Source: a virus
Virus genome (UHGV): UHGV-0213406
Reading direction: 5' to 3' (one strand)
Length of the DNA: 53,890 nt
This document shows, one piece after another, positions 19,922 through 28,697 of this stretch. The first letter of the stretch is position 1. Each line of letters begins with the position of its first letter. The notes under the pieces were generated by a model that saw nothing but the letters and a program-made list of their open reading frames with translations, was not told where the DNA came from and did not search any database. Position numbers and translations under genes: made by a program.

Positions 19922-20710
19922 TCAACGTATGCCCCATTTACCATCTGGAAATAGGAAACCGATAACATAACCAATCTTATCCACTATAAGGTTATCCGGA
20001 ATAACCACATTGGTATTGAGTGGAGAGTAGACATATATCTTCTTACCGTTCTCAATGATGTGTTTCTTGACAACTACGTGGATAGCACCTTTTGAGGTGA
20101 CAACGCAACGCTCGCCCTCGTGTGCTTTCCTGTCAGCCGATACAAGGATGATTTCATCCGGCAGATAGTATGGCATATAATAATCGCTTGGTATCCGAAT
20201 ACCAATATAAGCTTTTGCTTTAATATCTTCGGGTACGGAATCTATCATCATTGGTTCTACAGCGTTGGTAGTTGCGATTACACCGTTTACAATCTGAGGG
20301 CGCAGTATGGAAATGTAATCATGTTTCTTTGATAGCATGGAATGAATTTTCGCCTGGTGGCGAATGAAATAGCGAATAAGATAGACAGAGTGTTCTGGAA
20401 GTCCACGCACTAAGCGCACGGATTCCCTCATTTTCGGCTCAAAAGTGCCAGCACCAAGCAATTCGTCAACACTGATGTTTAAAGCCTTGGAAACGGCAAT
20501 CACAGTCGATACACGCACATCTGACGCATTACCATAGATAATCGTGTTGAGTGTGGCATAGGGAACGCCAGAACGTTCGGACAGTTCTTTGAGAGTGATC
20601 TCCGGGCACTGTAGGTACATATCAAGGTTCTTTCGGAAACTCGACATAAAGTCGGCATTGTTCTCCGTAAGTTCTGTCGATATTTTTGCAAGTTTTTCTT
20701 TGTCTACCAT
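19922..20710 (-). CDS. Xre-type HTH regulator with degenerate S24-like C-terminal domain
   Basis: TLKELSERSGVPYATL HTH; C-terminal YMPYY.P.EIILV resembles the S24 SM.P....D.vlV motif without the catalytic Ser; own promoter TTGACA-17-TAAAAT on minus strand. Confidence 0.72.
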   Translation of the reverse strand: MVDKEKLAKISTELTENNADFMSSFRKNLDMYLQCPEITLKELSERSGVPYATLNTIIYGNASDVRVSTVIAVSKALNISVDELLGAGTFEPKMRESVRLVRGLPEHSVYLIRYFIRHQAKIHSMLSKKHDYISILRPQIVNGVIATTNAVEPMMIDSVPEDIKAKAYIGIRIPSDYYMPYYLPDEIILVSADRKAHEGERCVVTSKGAIHVVVKKHIIENGKKIYVYSPLNTNVVIPDNLIVDKIGYVIGFLFPDGKWGIR

Positions 20711-20869
20711 ATTCCATTCCCCCTTAAGAATGACTAAAATGAATATATCCCTCAAAAGCGAGGGATTCAAGTTCTGGTAGGGGGATAGCGTTTTTTTGGG
20801 GCATTTCGCTATCCCTTGTTAGTATTTTAAATCTAGAACGGCAACCTGTCAATTTAGCACTTTGCATAA

Positions 20870-20898
20870 TTGACAAAGGCGAACGTATGTTCTAAAAT
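20870..20898 (+). promoter_or_regulatory. SigA promoter with Gram-positive LexA (Cheo) box in the spacer
   Basis: TTGACA-17-TAAAAT; CGAACGTATGTTCT at 20880-20893 matches GAAC-N4-GTTC. Confidence 0.8.
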
Positions 20899-20944
20899 TT
20901 ATCTATCGCTACCGATAGAATCGTGTATGAAAAGAGGTATCATT

Positions 20945-21121
20945 ATGAATGAAGATGTAAAAAAATTAGCTGCACTGAAAGAAGACATCTGTAATATTGT
21001 AAAATCAATGGATGATATTGAATCAGTGGTATATATATATTTGTTCTCCGGAATCATGAAAGATTCAGGAATCATGGCAGAGGAGGTAAAGAAAAATTGG
21101 AACAGAATTATTCAAGGATAG
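20945..21121 (+). CDS. Small SOS-inducible protein (possible repressor antagonist)
   Basis: First gene behind the LexA-boxed promoter; RBS AAGAGGT. Confidence 0.55.
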   Translation: MNEDVKKLAALKEDICNIVKSMDDIESVVYIYLFSGIMKDSGIMAEEVKKNWNRIIQG

Positions 21122-21345
21122 AAATTAAGTCCACGGACGGTATTTACGCTAAACTGTATATTGATGGGCATGTAGTCCACGGTGTCAGAAGTTTAAAGTT
21201 TGAGAAGAAAGCACTGGATATGCCAGTGCTTACCCTCGACCTTTTAGCACTCGATATTTCCATTGACTCACCTTCCATTATAAAGCAGGAAGGTCTTGAT
21301 GAGGAAATAGAAATTGTCTTTAAGGACAGAAATCAATCCATATAG
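21097..21345 (+). CDS. Hypothetical protein
   Basis: RBS GAGGAGG upstream; K.YIDG....GVRS..F pattern. Confidence 0.6.
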   Translation: MEQNYSRIEIKSTDGIYAKLYIDGHVVHGVRSLKFEKKALDMPVLTLDLLALDISIDSPSIIKQEGLDEEIEIVFKDRNQSI

Positions 21346-21511
21346 GACAATTGTCTCTCTGGCAGGTGTGTTGTGCGTTGTTGATGTCGCATATCACATC
21401 TGCTTTTGCGTAACCGGCTCCCTCTGTTGAACTTGCATCAATACAATTAATAGTGATCGTCTTCTCTTTTCCAGTTATCCTACAGCGTCCTGTAGCCTTT
21501 TTTCGCTCCAC
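21320..21511 (-). CDS. Small Cys-rich protein co-transcribed with repressor
   Basis: Starts 2 nt after the repressor stop; five Cys residues. Confidence 0.5.
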   Translation of the reverse strand: MERKKATGRCRITGKEKTITINCIDASSTEGAGYAKADVICDINNAQHTCQRDNCPIWIDFCP

Positions 21512-21512
21512 G

Positions 21513-21908
21513 TTAATCTTCCTTTCTTGAGCTTTCTATCACTGCTTTTATAACAGGTAATATTCTCTTCTGTGTTTCTTCCGGCAGCTCCATGAAATCT
21601 GAAAGCACTTTTCGGACATCATCATCCAAAGAATCTACATTTCCATCTGATGCGTCTATATTTCTCGCTCTTGGAACATCGAATCCCATGAGCCACGCTT
21701 CCGAAACGTCCAAAGCCATCCCTAAGATTACCAGTTTCTCTTGACTTGGCTTATTTTTCCCAGATACATATTGGCTTATATCCGGCTTTGTCATGCTCAC
21801 GCCATATTTTTTACAATATGGAAGAGATTTGTTTAGAATATCTGTCTGTCTCAATCCTCTTTCGCTCATGAGTTCCTTCAACCTTGTAGCTGTATTTTTA
21901 TCTTTCAT
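21513..21908 (-). CDS. cI: CI-like immunity repressor (Xre HTH, no S24 domain)
   Basis: RLKELM..RGLRQ.DI, ISQYVSGK..P.Q.KL..L..AL.VSEAWLMGFDVP; divergent from cro. Confidence 0.85.
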   Translation of the reverse strand: MKDKNTATRLKELMSERGLRQTDILNKSLPYCKKYGVSMTKPDISQYVSGKNKPSQEKLVILGMALDVSEAWLMGFDVPRARNIDASDGNVDSLDDDVRKVLSDFMELPEETQKRILPVIKAVIESSRKED

Positions 21909-21974
21909 TGTAGTATCCTCCCTATGAGTAGAATATAGCACTAATTGAACAAAAGTTCAATGCTTAAAACAAAG

Positions 21975-22052
21975 AAAGTTAAAAATCTTAAACTTTATAT
22001 TGACATAGAGCTATCGTTGGTGTATAGTTAAGGCAGTTAAAAGTTCTTAACT
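21975..22052 (+). promoter_or_regulatory. Lytic promoter and palindromic operators
   Basis: TTGACA-17-TATAGT (22000-22028) flanked by AAAGTTAAAAATCTTAAACTTT and AGTTAAAAGTTCTTAACT. Confidence 0.75.
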
Positions 22053-22069
22053 TTGAAAGGAGGTAAAAC

Positions 22070-22294
22070 ATGGCTTTTGATTATAGAAAGTTAAAAGGTC
22101 GTATTATTGAGAAATACGACAGTCAGCGTATGTTCGCAGAGGCTATTGGATTAAGTACGCGTTCTTTGTCACTAAAAATGACAGGTAAAAGAGCGTGGAA
22201 ACAGGAAGAAATTGTAAAAGCTTCTAAACTTCTTGATATTCCTGCGGATGAGATTAGCGCTTATTTTTTTACACTTAAAGTTAAAAGTTCTTAA
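22070..22294 (+). CDS. cro: Cro-like repressor (DUF739-like)
   Basis: FDY.KLKGRI.EKY..Q..FA..IG...EI..YFF. Confidence 0.85.
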   Translation: MAFDYRKLKGRIIEKYDSQRMFAEAIGLSTRSLSLKMTGKRAWKQEEIVKASKLLDIPADEISAYFFTLKVKSS

Positions 22295-22312
22295 CTTGAA
22301 AGGAGGTAAAGC

Positions 22313-22468
22313 ATGGAGTATAAAGAAAAAACTCTGGAAATCCTGTATAACCAGATAAAAGATTTAGAAAAGGAGTTCCAGGAACAGACTGATATTCAAA
22401 TTAAATTGAGAATATCTGATCGAATGGAGGACTTAGCCAGAGATATTCTCAATAATGCTCTTTATTAA
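22313..22468 (+). CDS. Hypothetical protein (51 aa)
   Basis: Strong RBS GAAAGGAGG; translated by hand (MEYKEKTLEILYNQ...). Confidence 0.6.
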   Translation: MEYKEKTLEILYNQIKDLEKEFQEQTDIQIKLRISDRMEDLARDILNNALY

Positions 22469-22486
22469 AGCGGGAAGGAGTGTTGT

Positions 22487-22657
22487 ATGAAACAGCCAAA
22501 GAAACTGAACAGGGGACAGAAGATATGCCTTAGTTCACACTATATGAACCCTAAAGAGTGGATGTTGGTAGAAGAGCTTGGTTCTTGCCTTAAAGTCATC
22601 CACAAGACCAGAGGGACAATCAAACTGGTTGATAAGCACATGAATATAAGGAGGTAG
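22487..22657 (+). CDS. Small conserved phage protein (DUF6906-like)
   Basis: MKQPKKL.R.QK...S...MNP.EWMLV.E translated by hand; RBS GGAAGGAG. Confidence 0.6.
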   Translation: MKQPKKLNRGQKICLSSHYMNPKEWMLVEELGSCLKVIHKTRGTIKLVDKHMNIRR

Positions 22658-22660
22658 ACC

Positions 22661-22783
22661 ATGAAAAAGAGAAAAAGCATTTGGGATTCCACCATTGCCG
22701 GATTCGGAATTGGAGTAACACTTGGGATTCTGTTCATGTTTATACTGCTTGAGTATTGCGCAAGAGTAGGAACTATTTTTTAG
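22661..22783 (+). CDS. Small membrane protein
   Basis: MKKRK followed by a hydrophobic helix; RBS AAGGAGG. Confidence 0.5.
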   Translation: MKKRKSIWDSTIAGFGIGVTLGILFMFILLEYCARVGTIF

Positions 22784-22798
22784 AGAGGAGAAAGAGGA

Positions 22799-23521
22799 AT
22801 GAACGAATTACAGATTTTTGAGAATGAAGAGTTCGGTGCAATCCGGACAGTAACTATTGATAATGAGCCGTTTTTCTGTATGACAGATATTTGCAAAGCC
22901 TTGGAAATATCAAATGTGAGTCAAGCGAAAACAAGACTGAATCAAGATGGGGTCATTTCAAATGAGGTCATCGACAATATCGGTAGAAAGCAGAACGCTA
23001 ATTTTATCAATGAATCTAATATGTATAAATTGATTTTTCAAAGTAGGAAAGAATCGGCAGAACGTTTTACTGATTGGGTAACCGGTGAAGTCCTACCATC
23101 CATCAGAAAAACAGGTGCTTATCATCCAATGTCTACAGATGAAAAAATACAGGTGCTTGCACAGGGGAATATCGAATTGAATAAAAAGGTGGATAACCTT
23201 AATAAGGATTTACAGGAGTTCAAACAGGATATGCCACTTCTCGCTCTGGAATGTCAGAGAATCACAAGAGCAAAGAACCAGAAAGTTGTACCACTGATGG
23301 GCGGTAAGAACGCACCGGCATATAAGAATAAGAGCCTAATGAGGAAAGTATACAGCGATATTGACAATCAGCTCAGAAGAGAGTTTGGAGTCAATACCTA
23401 TAAAGCGATCAAGCGTAACCAGTGCGATTTAGCTGTGGAAATCATCAAGGGATATGATTTGCCAATCTGTCTGAAAGAAGAAATTGAAACCGAAAATTCA
23501 CAGATGAGTTTAAGCGTATAA
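22799..23521 (+). CDS. Antirepressor-like protein (BRO-N + ORF6C domain)
   Basis: BRO-N motifs; C-terminal VYSDI..QL.REFGV.TYKAIKR.Q.D.A. Confidence 0.85.
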   Translation: MNELQIFENEEFGAIRTVTIDNEPFFCMTDICKALEISNVSQAKTRLNQDGVISNEVIDNIGRKQNANFINESNMYKLIFQSRKESAERFTDWVTGEVLPSIRKTGAYHPMSTDEKIQVLAQGNIELNKKVDNLNKDLQEFKQDMPLLALECQRITRAKNQKVVPLMGGKNAPAYKNKSLMRKVYSDIDNQLRREFGVNTYKAIKRNQCDLAVEIIKGYDLPICLKEEIETENSQMSLSV

Positions 23522-23532
23522 GGAGTAATAAC

Positions 23533-23745
23533 ATGATTAAGTGCAAGACGAAAAAAAGAATTGCAAATATATCCATAGAGGGAGAAGCAATTGAAACTAT
23601 CGCTGAATACTCTGCCATTACTTCAAGTATGTATAACTGGCTTACAAACATTCACCTTATGAGTGGCAAGGAAGCAAGAGCTAAATTAAGACAGGCAGTT
23701 GACGTTGGTATTGCTCTTAGCAAGATGCCGGAAGATGTGAGGTGA
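23533..23745 (+). CDS. Hypothetical protein
   Basis: RBS AAGGAG; operon packing. Confidence 0.55.
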   Translation: MIKCKTKKRIANISIEGEAIETIAEYSAITSSMYNWLTNIHLMSGKEARAKLRQAVDVGIALSKMPEDVR

Positions 23746-23749
23746 GTAT

Positions 23750-24406
23750 ATGGAAGAATTGGTATATCTGAGTAAGAAAGACGAAGCAGTGTGTAGCAGC
23801 TTACAGGTTGCGGAAAAGTTTGGTAAGAGACACGACAATGTAATACAGGCGATAAGGGGTCTCCTTAAAAATGAGGGAACCCATGAAATGTTCAGAAAAA
23901 GCTCATACATAGAAGAACAAAATGGTCAAAGTTATCCAATGTACCTTATGAACAGAGACGGTTTTTCACTGTTGGTTATGGGATTCACCGGTAAGAAAGC
24001 GTTGGAGTGGAAATTACAGTACATTAAGGCTTTCAACAAAATGGAAGAGTTTATCAAAGAAAAGAAGTCTCAGAAGTGGATTGATGAAAGAAAAGCAGGA
24101 AAGCTTACTAGAAAGTCAGAAACAGACACGATCAAAAGACTTGTGGAGTATGCGAAAGAACAGGGTAGCACACATTCAGAAATGCTGTACACGGTGTATT
24201 CAAAACTTGCAAACAGTATGGCAGGAGTTAAAAGCAGAGACGAAGCAACCAGAAGAGAACTTAATAACCTGTCTCTGATGGAACATATCATTCTCTGTGA
24301 AATTGACAAAGGCATTGTGGCAAATAAGCCATATAAAGAAATCTATAAAGATTGTAAGGAACGTCTTGAGACAGTAAAAGAACTTGCATATCTGGAGATA
24401 GCATAG
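23750..24406 (+). CDS. rha: Rha family regulatory protein
   Basis: SL.VAE.FGK.H..V...IR, Y.MNRDGFSLLVMGFTGKKALEWKL.YI.AFN.ME. Confidence 0.9.
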   Translation: MEELVYLSKKDEAVCSSLQVAEKFGKRHDNVIQAIRGLLKNEGTHEMFRKSSYIEEQNGQSYPMYLMNRDGFSLLVMGFTGKKALEWKLQYIKAFNKMEEFIKEKKSQKWIDERKAGKLTRKSETDTIKRLVEYAKEQGSTHSEMLYTVYSKLANSMAGVKSRDEATRRELNNLSLMEHIILCEIDKGIVANKPYKEIYKDCKERLETVKELAYLEIA

Positions 24407-24418
24407 GAGGTATATAGA

Positions 24419-24649
24419 ATGAATAAAACACAGTGGTTAAAGTATGGAAATGAAATTCACGATTCTTTGAAAGAGCTTCGGAGAATATCGCAGAAATATG
24501 GTGTTGGTTATGCGACAATCAACATCATGAAAAGTGGGATTTTATATATTGACGCAGAGGGAAAAGAAGAAAAGGGTGTTGAACTTTCCGGGACGCTTGA
24601 ACAAGAAGGACTCAAGCTTACTGTGAAAGATACGACATATATAAAGTAA
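24419..24649 (+). CDS. Hypothetical protein
   Basis: RBS AGGAGG; operon packing. Confidence 0.55.
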   Translation: MNKTQWLKYGNEIHDSLKELRRISQKYGVGYATINIMKSGILYIDAEGKEEKGVELSGTLEQEGLKLTVKDTTYIK

Positions 24650-24723
24650 GCCCGATACCATAGGTAAACGGGCATACCAAAACAAACCAATATTAATATA
24701 TCAGAGAGGACGTGTATTGTCAA

Positions 24724-24894
24724 ATGATACCTGGTTATGATGCATGGAAACAACGTGTCCCAGATGAACCAGAACCAGTTGAAGTCTGCACATGTTGCGG
24801 GAAGGAACTTTTTACAGGAGATTACATCTACACGATAGACGGAGAAAAGTTGTGTGAGGATTGTATAAATGATGAATACAGGAGGATGTTATGA
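24724..24894 (+). CDS. Small zinc-finger protein
   Basis: GYDAWK...P, CxxC...CxxC. Confidence 0.65.
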   Translation: MIPGYDAWKQRVPDEPEPVEVCTCCGKELFTGDYIYTIDGEKLCEDCINDEYRRML

Positions 24895-25067
24895 CAAGAC
24901 TTGAAGCATTGAAAACCTTTGACCGGAAAGCCATAGCGGAAATGCTCTGCTACGTCACACGAAAACCTGGTGCAGAGTGTGAAAAATGCATTGCGTATGC
25001 ACACTGCCATTTATGGCACACAGGATTTCTGGATTGGTTAGATGAAGAATATGAAATGGAGGAATAA
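24891..25067 (+). CDS. Hypothetical Cys-containing protein (58 aa)
   Basis: ATGA overlap with previous stop; translated by hand. Confidence 0.5.
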   Translation: MTRLEALKTFDRKAIAEMLCYVTRKPGAECEKCIAYAHCHLWHTGFLDWLDEEYEMEE

Positions 25068-25072
25068 AAGGT

Positions 25073-25645
25073 ATGAAAAAATTTGAATTAACAACAGACA
25101 CAAAAATGCATTTAGGGCTGAAGTTGTTCCGAATTAAGGCACTTGTGAGCTTTGGAGATGTAGAAAAAGGAACTCTCGGTGGATACGTGGAGAAAGAAGA
25201 AAACTTAGATCATGAAGGCAACGCATGGGTGTATGACGACGCATGGGTGTGTGGCAACGCTAAGGTGTGTGGCAACGCTAAGGTGTATAGAAACGCTAAG
25301 GTGTGTGGCAACGCTGATGTGTATGGAAACGCTTTTGTGTGTGGCAACGCTAAGGTGTGTGGCAACGCTGATGTGTGTGGCAACGCTATGGTGTGTGACA
25401 ACGCATGGGTGTCTGACAACGCTGATTACGCTACTGTAAAAGGCTTTGGAACGCAATGCAGAGCAACTACATTCTTTAAATGCAAAGACAGAAAAATTCA
25501 TGTTGCATGTGGGTGTTTCAAAGGAACAATTGAAGATTTCCGAAAACAGGTCAAAGCGACCAGAACAGGCAAGATTGAAAAAGAATACCTGATGATAGCA
25601 GACTTAATGGAATTACATTTTGAGAAAGATGAAAGCGAGGAATAA
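25073..25645 (+). CDS. Hexapeptide (GNAxV) repeat beta-helix protein
   Basis: LFRIKAL..FG.V..G.LGGYVEKE.NL, about 12 GNA.V[C/Y] repeats, V.CGCF.G. Confidence 0.8.
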   Translation: MKKFELTTDTKMHLGLKLFRIKALVSFGDVEKGTLGGYVEKEENLDHEGNAWVYDDAWVCGNAKVCGNAKVYRNAKVCGNADVYGNAFVCGNAKVCGNADVCGNAMVCDNAWVSDNADYATVKGFGTQCRATTFFKCKDRKIHVACGCFKGTIEDFRKQVKATRTGKIEKEYLMIADLMELHFEKDESEE

Positions 25646-25647
25646 AC

Positions 25648-26247
25648 ATGGAGATCAAAGAGAAATTATCAATGATTCAACAGAAATTGAAAGCGCCGAA
25701 GAATTTATACAATTCTTTTGGCAAGTATAACTATAGAAATGCAGAGAGTATTTTGGAAGCATTTAAGCCATTTGAGGACGAATACAATGTTGCACTGATT
25801 GTGTTTGATGAAATCGTGGAAATTGGTGGCAAGAATTATGTAAAAGCAACAGCACAACTTATCGACTGCGAATCAATAAATACTTTTAAAGTGACTGCTT
25901 ACGCAAGAGAACCTGTCGAGAAGAAGGGCATGGATGAAGCACAGATTACCGGAGCGACATCAAGTTATGCGAGAAAATATGCTCTTAACGGTCTGTTCTT
26001 GCTGGATGATACAAAAGATGCTGATTCTGACGAATACAAGAAGCAGGAGAAACACGGTGAAAAAGAAGACAATGACAGGGTGAAACGGATTGCCCTTAAA
26101 AAAAAGTGCATCGAGGAAAAATGTAAGAAGCATGGCATTGATGCAGTAATGATTGCTTCTGGTAATGGATATTCATGGAGCGAAATGACAGAGACGCAGC
26201 TTGAAAATATGCTTGCATCTCTTTGCAAGAAATTTGGTGAGGAGTAA
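25648..26247 (+). CDS. erf: ERF-family single-strand annealing protein
   Basis: LKAPK..YNSFGKY.YR.AE.IL, GMD.AQ.TGA.SSYARKYAL.GLF..DD.KDAD. Confidence 0.92.
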   Translation: MEIKEKLSMIQQKLKAPKNLYNSFGKYNYRNAESILEAFKPFEDEYNVALIVFDEIVEIGGKNYVKATAQLIDCESINTFKVTAYAREPVEKKGMDEAQITGATSSYARKYALNGLFLLDDTKDADSDEYKKQEKHGEKEDNDRVKRIALKKKCIEEKCKKHGIDAVMIASGNGYSWSEMTETQLENMLASLCKKFGEE

Positions 26248-26249
26248 AT

Positions 26250-26798
26250 ATGGACTTTACAGGCACTTTTAGTGATTTAATGGTGGATTTCTCAACTGGT
26301 AAGCAAAAAGCCGTTCTGACACTGAATGAGGACGCTAGACAGACGTTTGAGAACCTTAAAGACAAGGAGCTGTCAATCTCTATCAAGAAATACAGGAAAA
26401 AGAGGAGCCTGGATGCCAATTCTTACTTTCATGTCCTTGTGGGAAAGATTGCTGATGTGATTGGTAACTCCAAACCGGCGGTAAAAAATATATTGCTTGC
26501 TAAGTATGGGCAGTATGCAACAGACGAAAATGGAATTATCCACATGATTATCCGTGACGATTACGATGTATCGGAGAGGGAAGATATCCACCTGTCTCCG
26601 ACATCCAATGTAAAGGTCTTGGATGATGGAAAGCTGTACAGAGTATACCGACTCATGCGTGGCTCACATGAATACGATACTGCGGAAATGGCAAAGCTAA
26701 TTGACGGAACTGTATCAGATGCAAAGGAACTTGGTATTGAGACCATGACTCCGACCCAGCTGAAAGAAATGAAAGAGAGGTGGAAGATAAATGTCTAA
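26250..26798 (+). CDS. NinB-like recombination protein
   Basis: KRSL.AN.YFH.L..KIA, GS..YDT.EM..LIDG....AKELGIET. Confidence 0.75.
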   Translation: MDFTGTFSDLMVDFSTGKQKAVLTLNEDARQTFENLKDKELSISIKKYRKKRSLDANSYFHVLVGKIADVIGNSKPAVKNILLAKYGQYATDENGIIHMIIRDDYDVSEREDIHLSPTSNVKVLDDGKLYRVYRLMRGSHEYDTAEMAKLIDGTVSDAKELGIETMTPTQLKEMKERWKINV

Positions 26799-27087
26799 GA
26801 AGTTATGGAGCGTATTCACAGATGATATGGAACATTGCTATTTTACAGGGACTCCATATTGCCACCGACACCATATATTTTATGGCTCCAGAAGAGACTT
26901 ATCTGAAACCTATGGGTATGTGATTCCTATAGCAAGCTATCTACATGAGTTCGGAATTAACTCGGTTCACGATAATCCGAATCACGGATTGGATTTGGAA
27001 TTAAAGCAAATGGCACAGAAACATTTTGAAAGCAATCACGGAACAAGAGAAGATTTCATAAATGTTTTTGGAAGAAGTTGGATGTAA
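26791..27087 (+). CDS. HNH-like/Zn-binding recombination-associated protein
   Basis: CY..G.....HHIF.G..R..SE.YG, LK..AQ..FE...G.RE.F...FG.SW. Confidence 0.65.
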   Translation: MSKKLWSVFTDDMEHCYFTGTPYCHRHHIFYGSRRDLSETYGYVIPIASYLHEFGINSVHDNPNHGLDLELKQMAQKHFESNHGTREDFINVFGRSWM

Positions 27088-27189
27088 CAAATTAACTATA
27101 GATTCATGGTCGGGTGTAACTTTTCATGTCAAACAAGTGTATCACAAAAGCCTGTGGATACCGACCACCACAGGCAGAAAGGAGACGTT

Positions 27190-27498
27190 ATGGGAAAAGA
27201 ACAGGCTAAGGATTACTTTAACCGAATTTCAGATGGACACAGAAATGCAATCAAGCGTCCGTGGGATAAGGTTACTGATCGCTCTTTAAGAGCGATCATA
27301 GAGAAAGCAAACAGAAACGGAGACTGCATTATCAACGTTGGTGACGGAATATTCCGACCGATACCTGGCGACCCGGTAGATGAAGCAGCGCTCAATAAAT
27401 ACCTTGCGAAAGAATTACACAGAGCGAGGGCTGTACAGCTTAAAAGGCTGTGCATGAAACAAACATTTGAGGGGTGGAAGAATTGCGCTACACCTTAG
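27190..27498 (+). CDS. Hypothetical DNA-binding protein
   Basis: I..GH.NAI.R, DR..R..IE, IIN.G.G.FRP; RBS GAAAGGAG. Confidence 0.65.
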   Translation: MGKEQAKDYFNRISDGHRNAIKRPWDKVTDRSLRAIIEKANRNGDCIINVGDGIFRPIPGDPVDEAALNKYLAKELHRARAVQLKRLCMKQTFEGWKNCATP

Positions 27499-27854
27499 TG
27501 ATAAAAGGGAAACTGAGCAACTTAAATGATTACATTACCGCCTGCCGGACAAATCATTATAAGGGAGCGTCAGTGAAAAAGAAGAACGAGAACATCGTTA
27601 AATGCGCCATATACGAACAATTAGGGCGATTACGTATAAAAGGTAGGGTATACATGGAATATCGCTGGTATGAGCCAAATAGACGGCGTGATTTGGATAA
27701 TATCAGTTCATTTGGACGCAAAGTCATACAGGATGCGCTTGTAGAGACAAGAGTTCTTGAAAATGATGGGTGGAAGAATATAGTCGGATTCTCCGATGAA
27801 TTTTACACCGATACAGAAAATCCGAGGATAGAGGTGGTGATAGAAGAGGTATGA
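27483..27854 (+). CDS. rusA: RusA-family Holliday junction resolvase
   Basis: RRD.DNI....K.I.DAL...VL..D acidic motif; PRIEV.I. Confidence 0.85.
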   Translation: MRYTLVIKGKLSNLNDYITACRTNHYKGASVKKKNENIVKCAIYEQLGRLRIKGRVYMEYRWYEPNRRRDLDNISSFGRKVIQDALVETRVLENDGWKNIVGFSDEFYTDTENPRIEVVIEEV

Positions 27855-28681
27855 ATGAACATGAGGGATGGATAAAACTCCACAGGAAAACATTAGACAA
27901 TCCTGTTTGTTTGAAAGATGCAGAGTGTTTTGCAGTTTGGTGCTGGTTACTTTTGAATGCTTCATATGCCCCGGAAACACAATGGTTTAAAGGAGAAATG
28001 ATAGAGCTGAAAGAGGGGCAAATACTCACAACTTTGGACGAAATTAGCCGTGTTTTGAAGATAAAACAGAGTAAAGTAAATAGAATCTTAAATTTGCTAA
28101 AAAACGAAAAACAAATTGAAAAACAAACAAGCAACCGAAACACCTTAATTTCCGTGGTTAATTGGGAAAAATTCCAGTCAAGTGAAAAACAAAATGAAAA
28201 GCCAGTGAAAACCGAGCGAAAAACCAGTGAAAAACCAGTGGAAAACCTTCCTATTATAAAAGAATATAAAGAATATAAAGAAGGGGGTGTGGGGGGAGAA
28301 CAACGTTTTTGTTACGCGACGCACTCCAATGTCCAAAATCTTGACCACGTAATCAGCAATCATATTCATGTTGACAGTGAGAACATACAAGCTGATGAAG
28401 AATTATATCGGTGCTTAAGAGAGTGGATGGAATACAAGGACGGTAAACAACCAAAGACACAACACCATTACGGAACAGAAATCGGAATCAAGAAATTGAT
28501 AACCAGTTTCTACAGAGCGTATACGGAATATGGTATCGCTAAAGTAATACAGGTCGTTGACTATTCTATCAGCAATAACTATTCTGGCGTGATCTGGAAC
28601 AAGCTAAAAGAGCAAAATAGCAACAACTCATACATGGACGCTGTGAGAGACAGGGTAAGCATGGTGGATGATTGGGTTTGA
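27851..28681 (+). CDS. Replication initiator protein with internal iterons
   Basis: GWIKLHRK N-terminus, T.I.V.NW..FQ; GTGAAAA(A)CC repeats at ~28181-28247. Confidence 0.82.
   Translation: MNEHEGWIKLHRKTLDNPVCLKDAECFAVWCWLLLNASYAPETQWFKGEMIELKEGQILTTLDEISRVLKIKQSKVNRILNLLKNEKQIEKQTSNRNTLISVVNWEKFQSSEKQNEKPVKTERKTSEKPVENLPIIKEYKEYKEGGVGGEQRFCYATHSNVQNLDHVISNHIHVDSENIQADEELYRCLREWMEYKDGKQPKTQHHYGTEIGIKKLITSFYRAYTEYGIAKVIQVVDYSISNNYSGVIWNKLKEQNSNNSYMDAVRDRVSMVDDWV
28181..28247. repeat. Iteron-like repeats (putative origin)
   Basis: About six copies of (CCA)GTGAAAA(A)C within the initiator gene. Confidence 0.6.
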
Positions 28682-28697
28682 GAAGGGAGGAAAAAGA

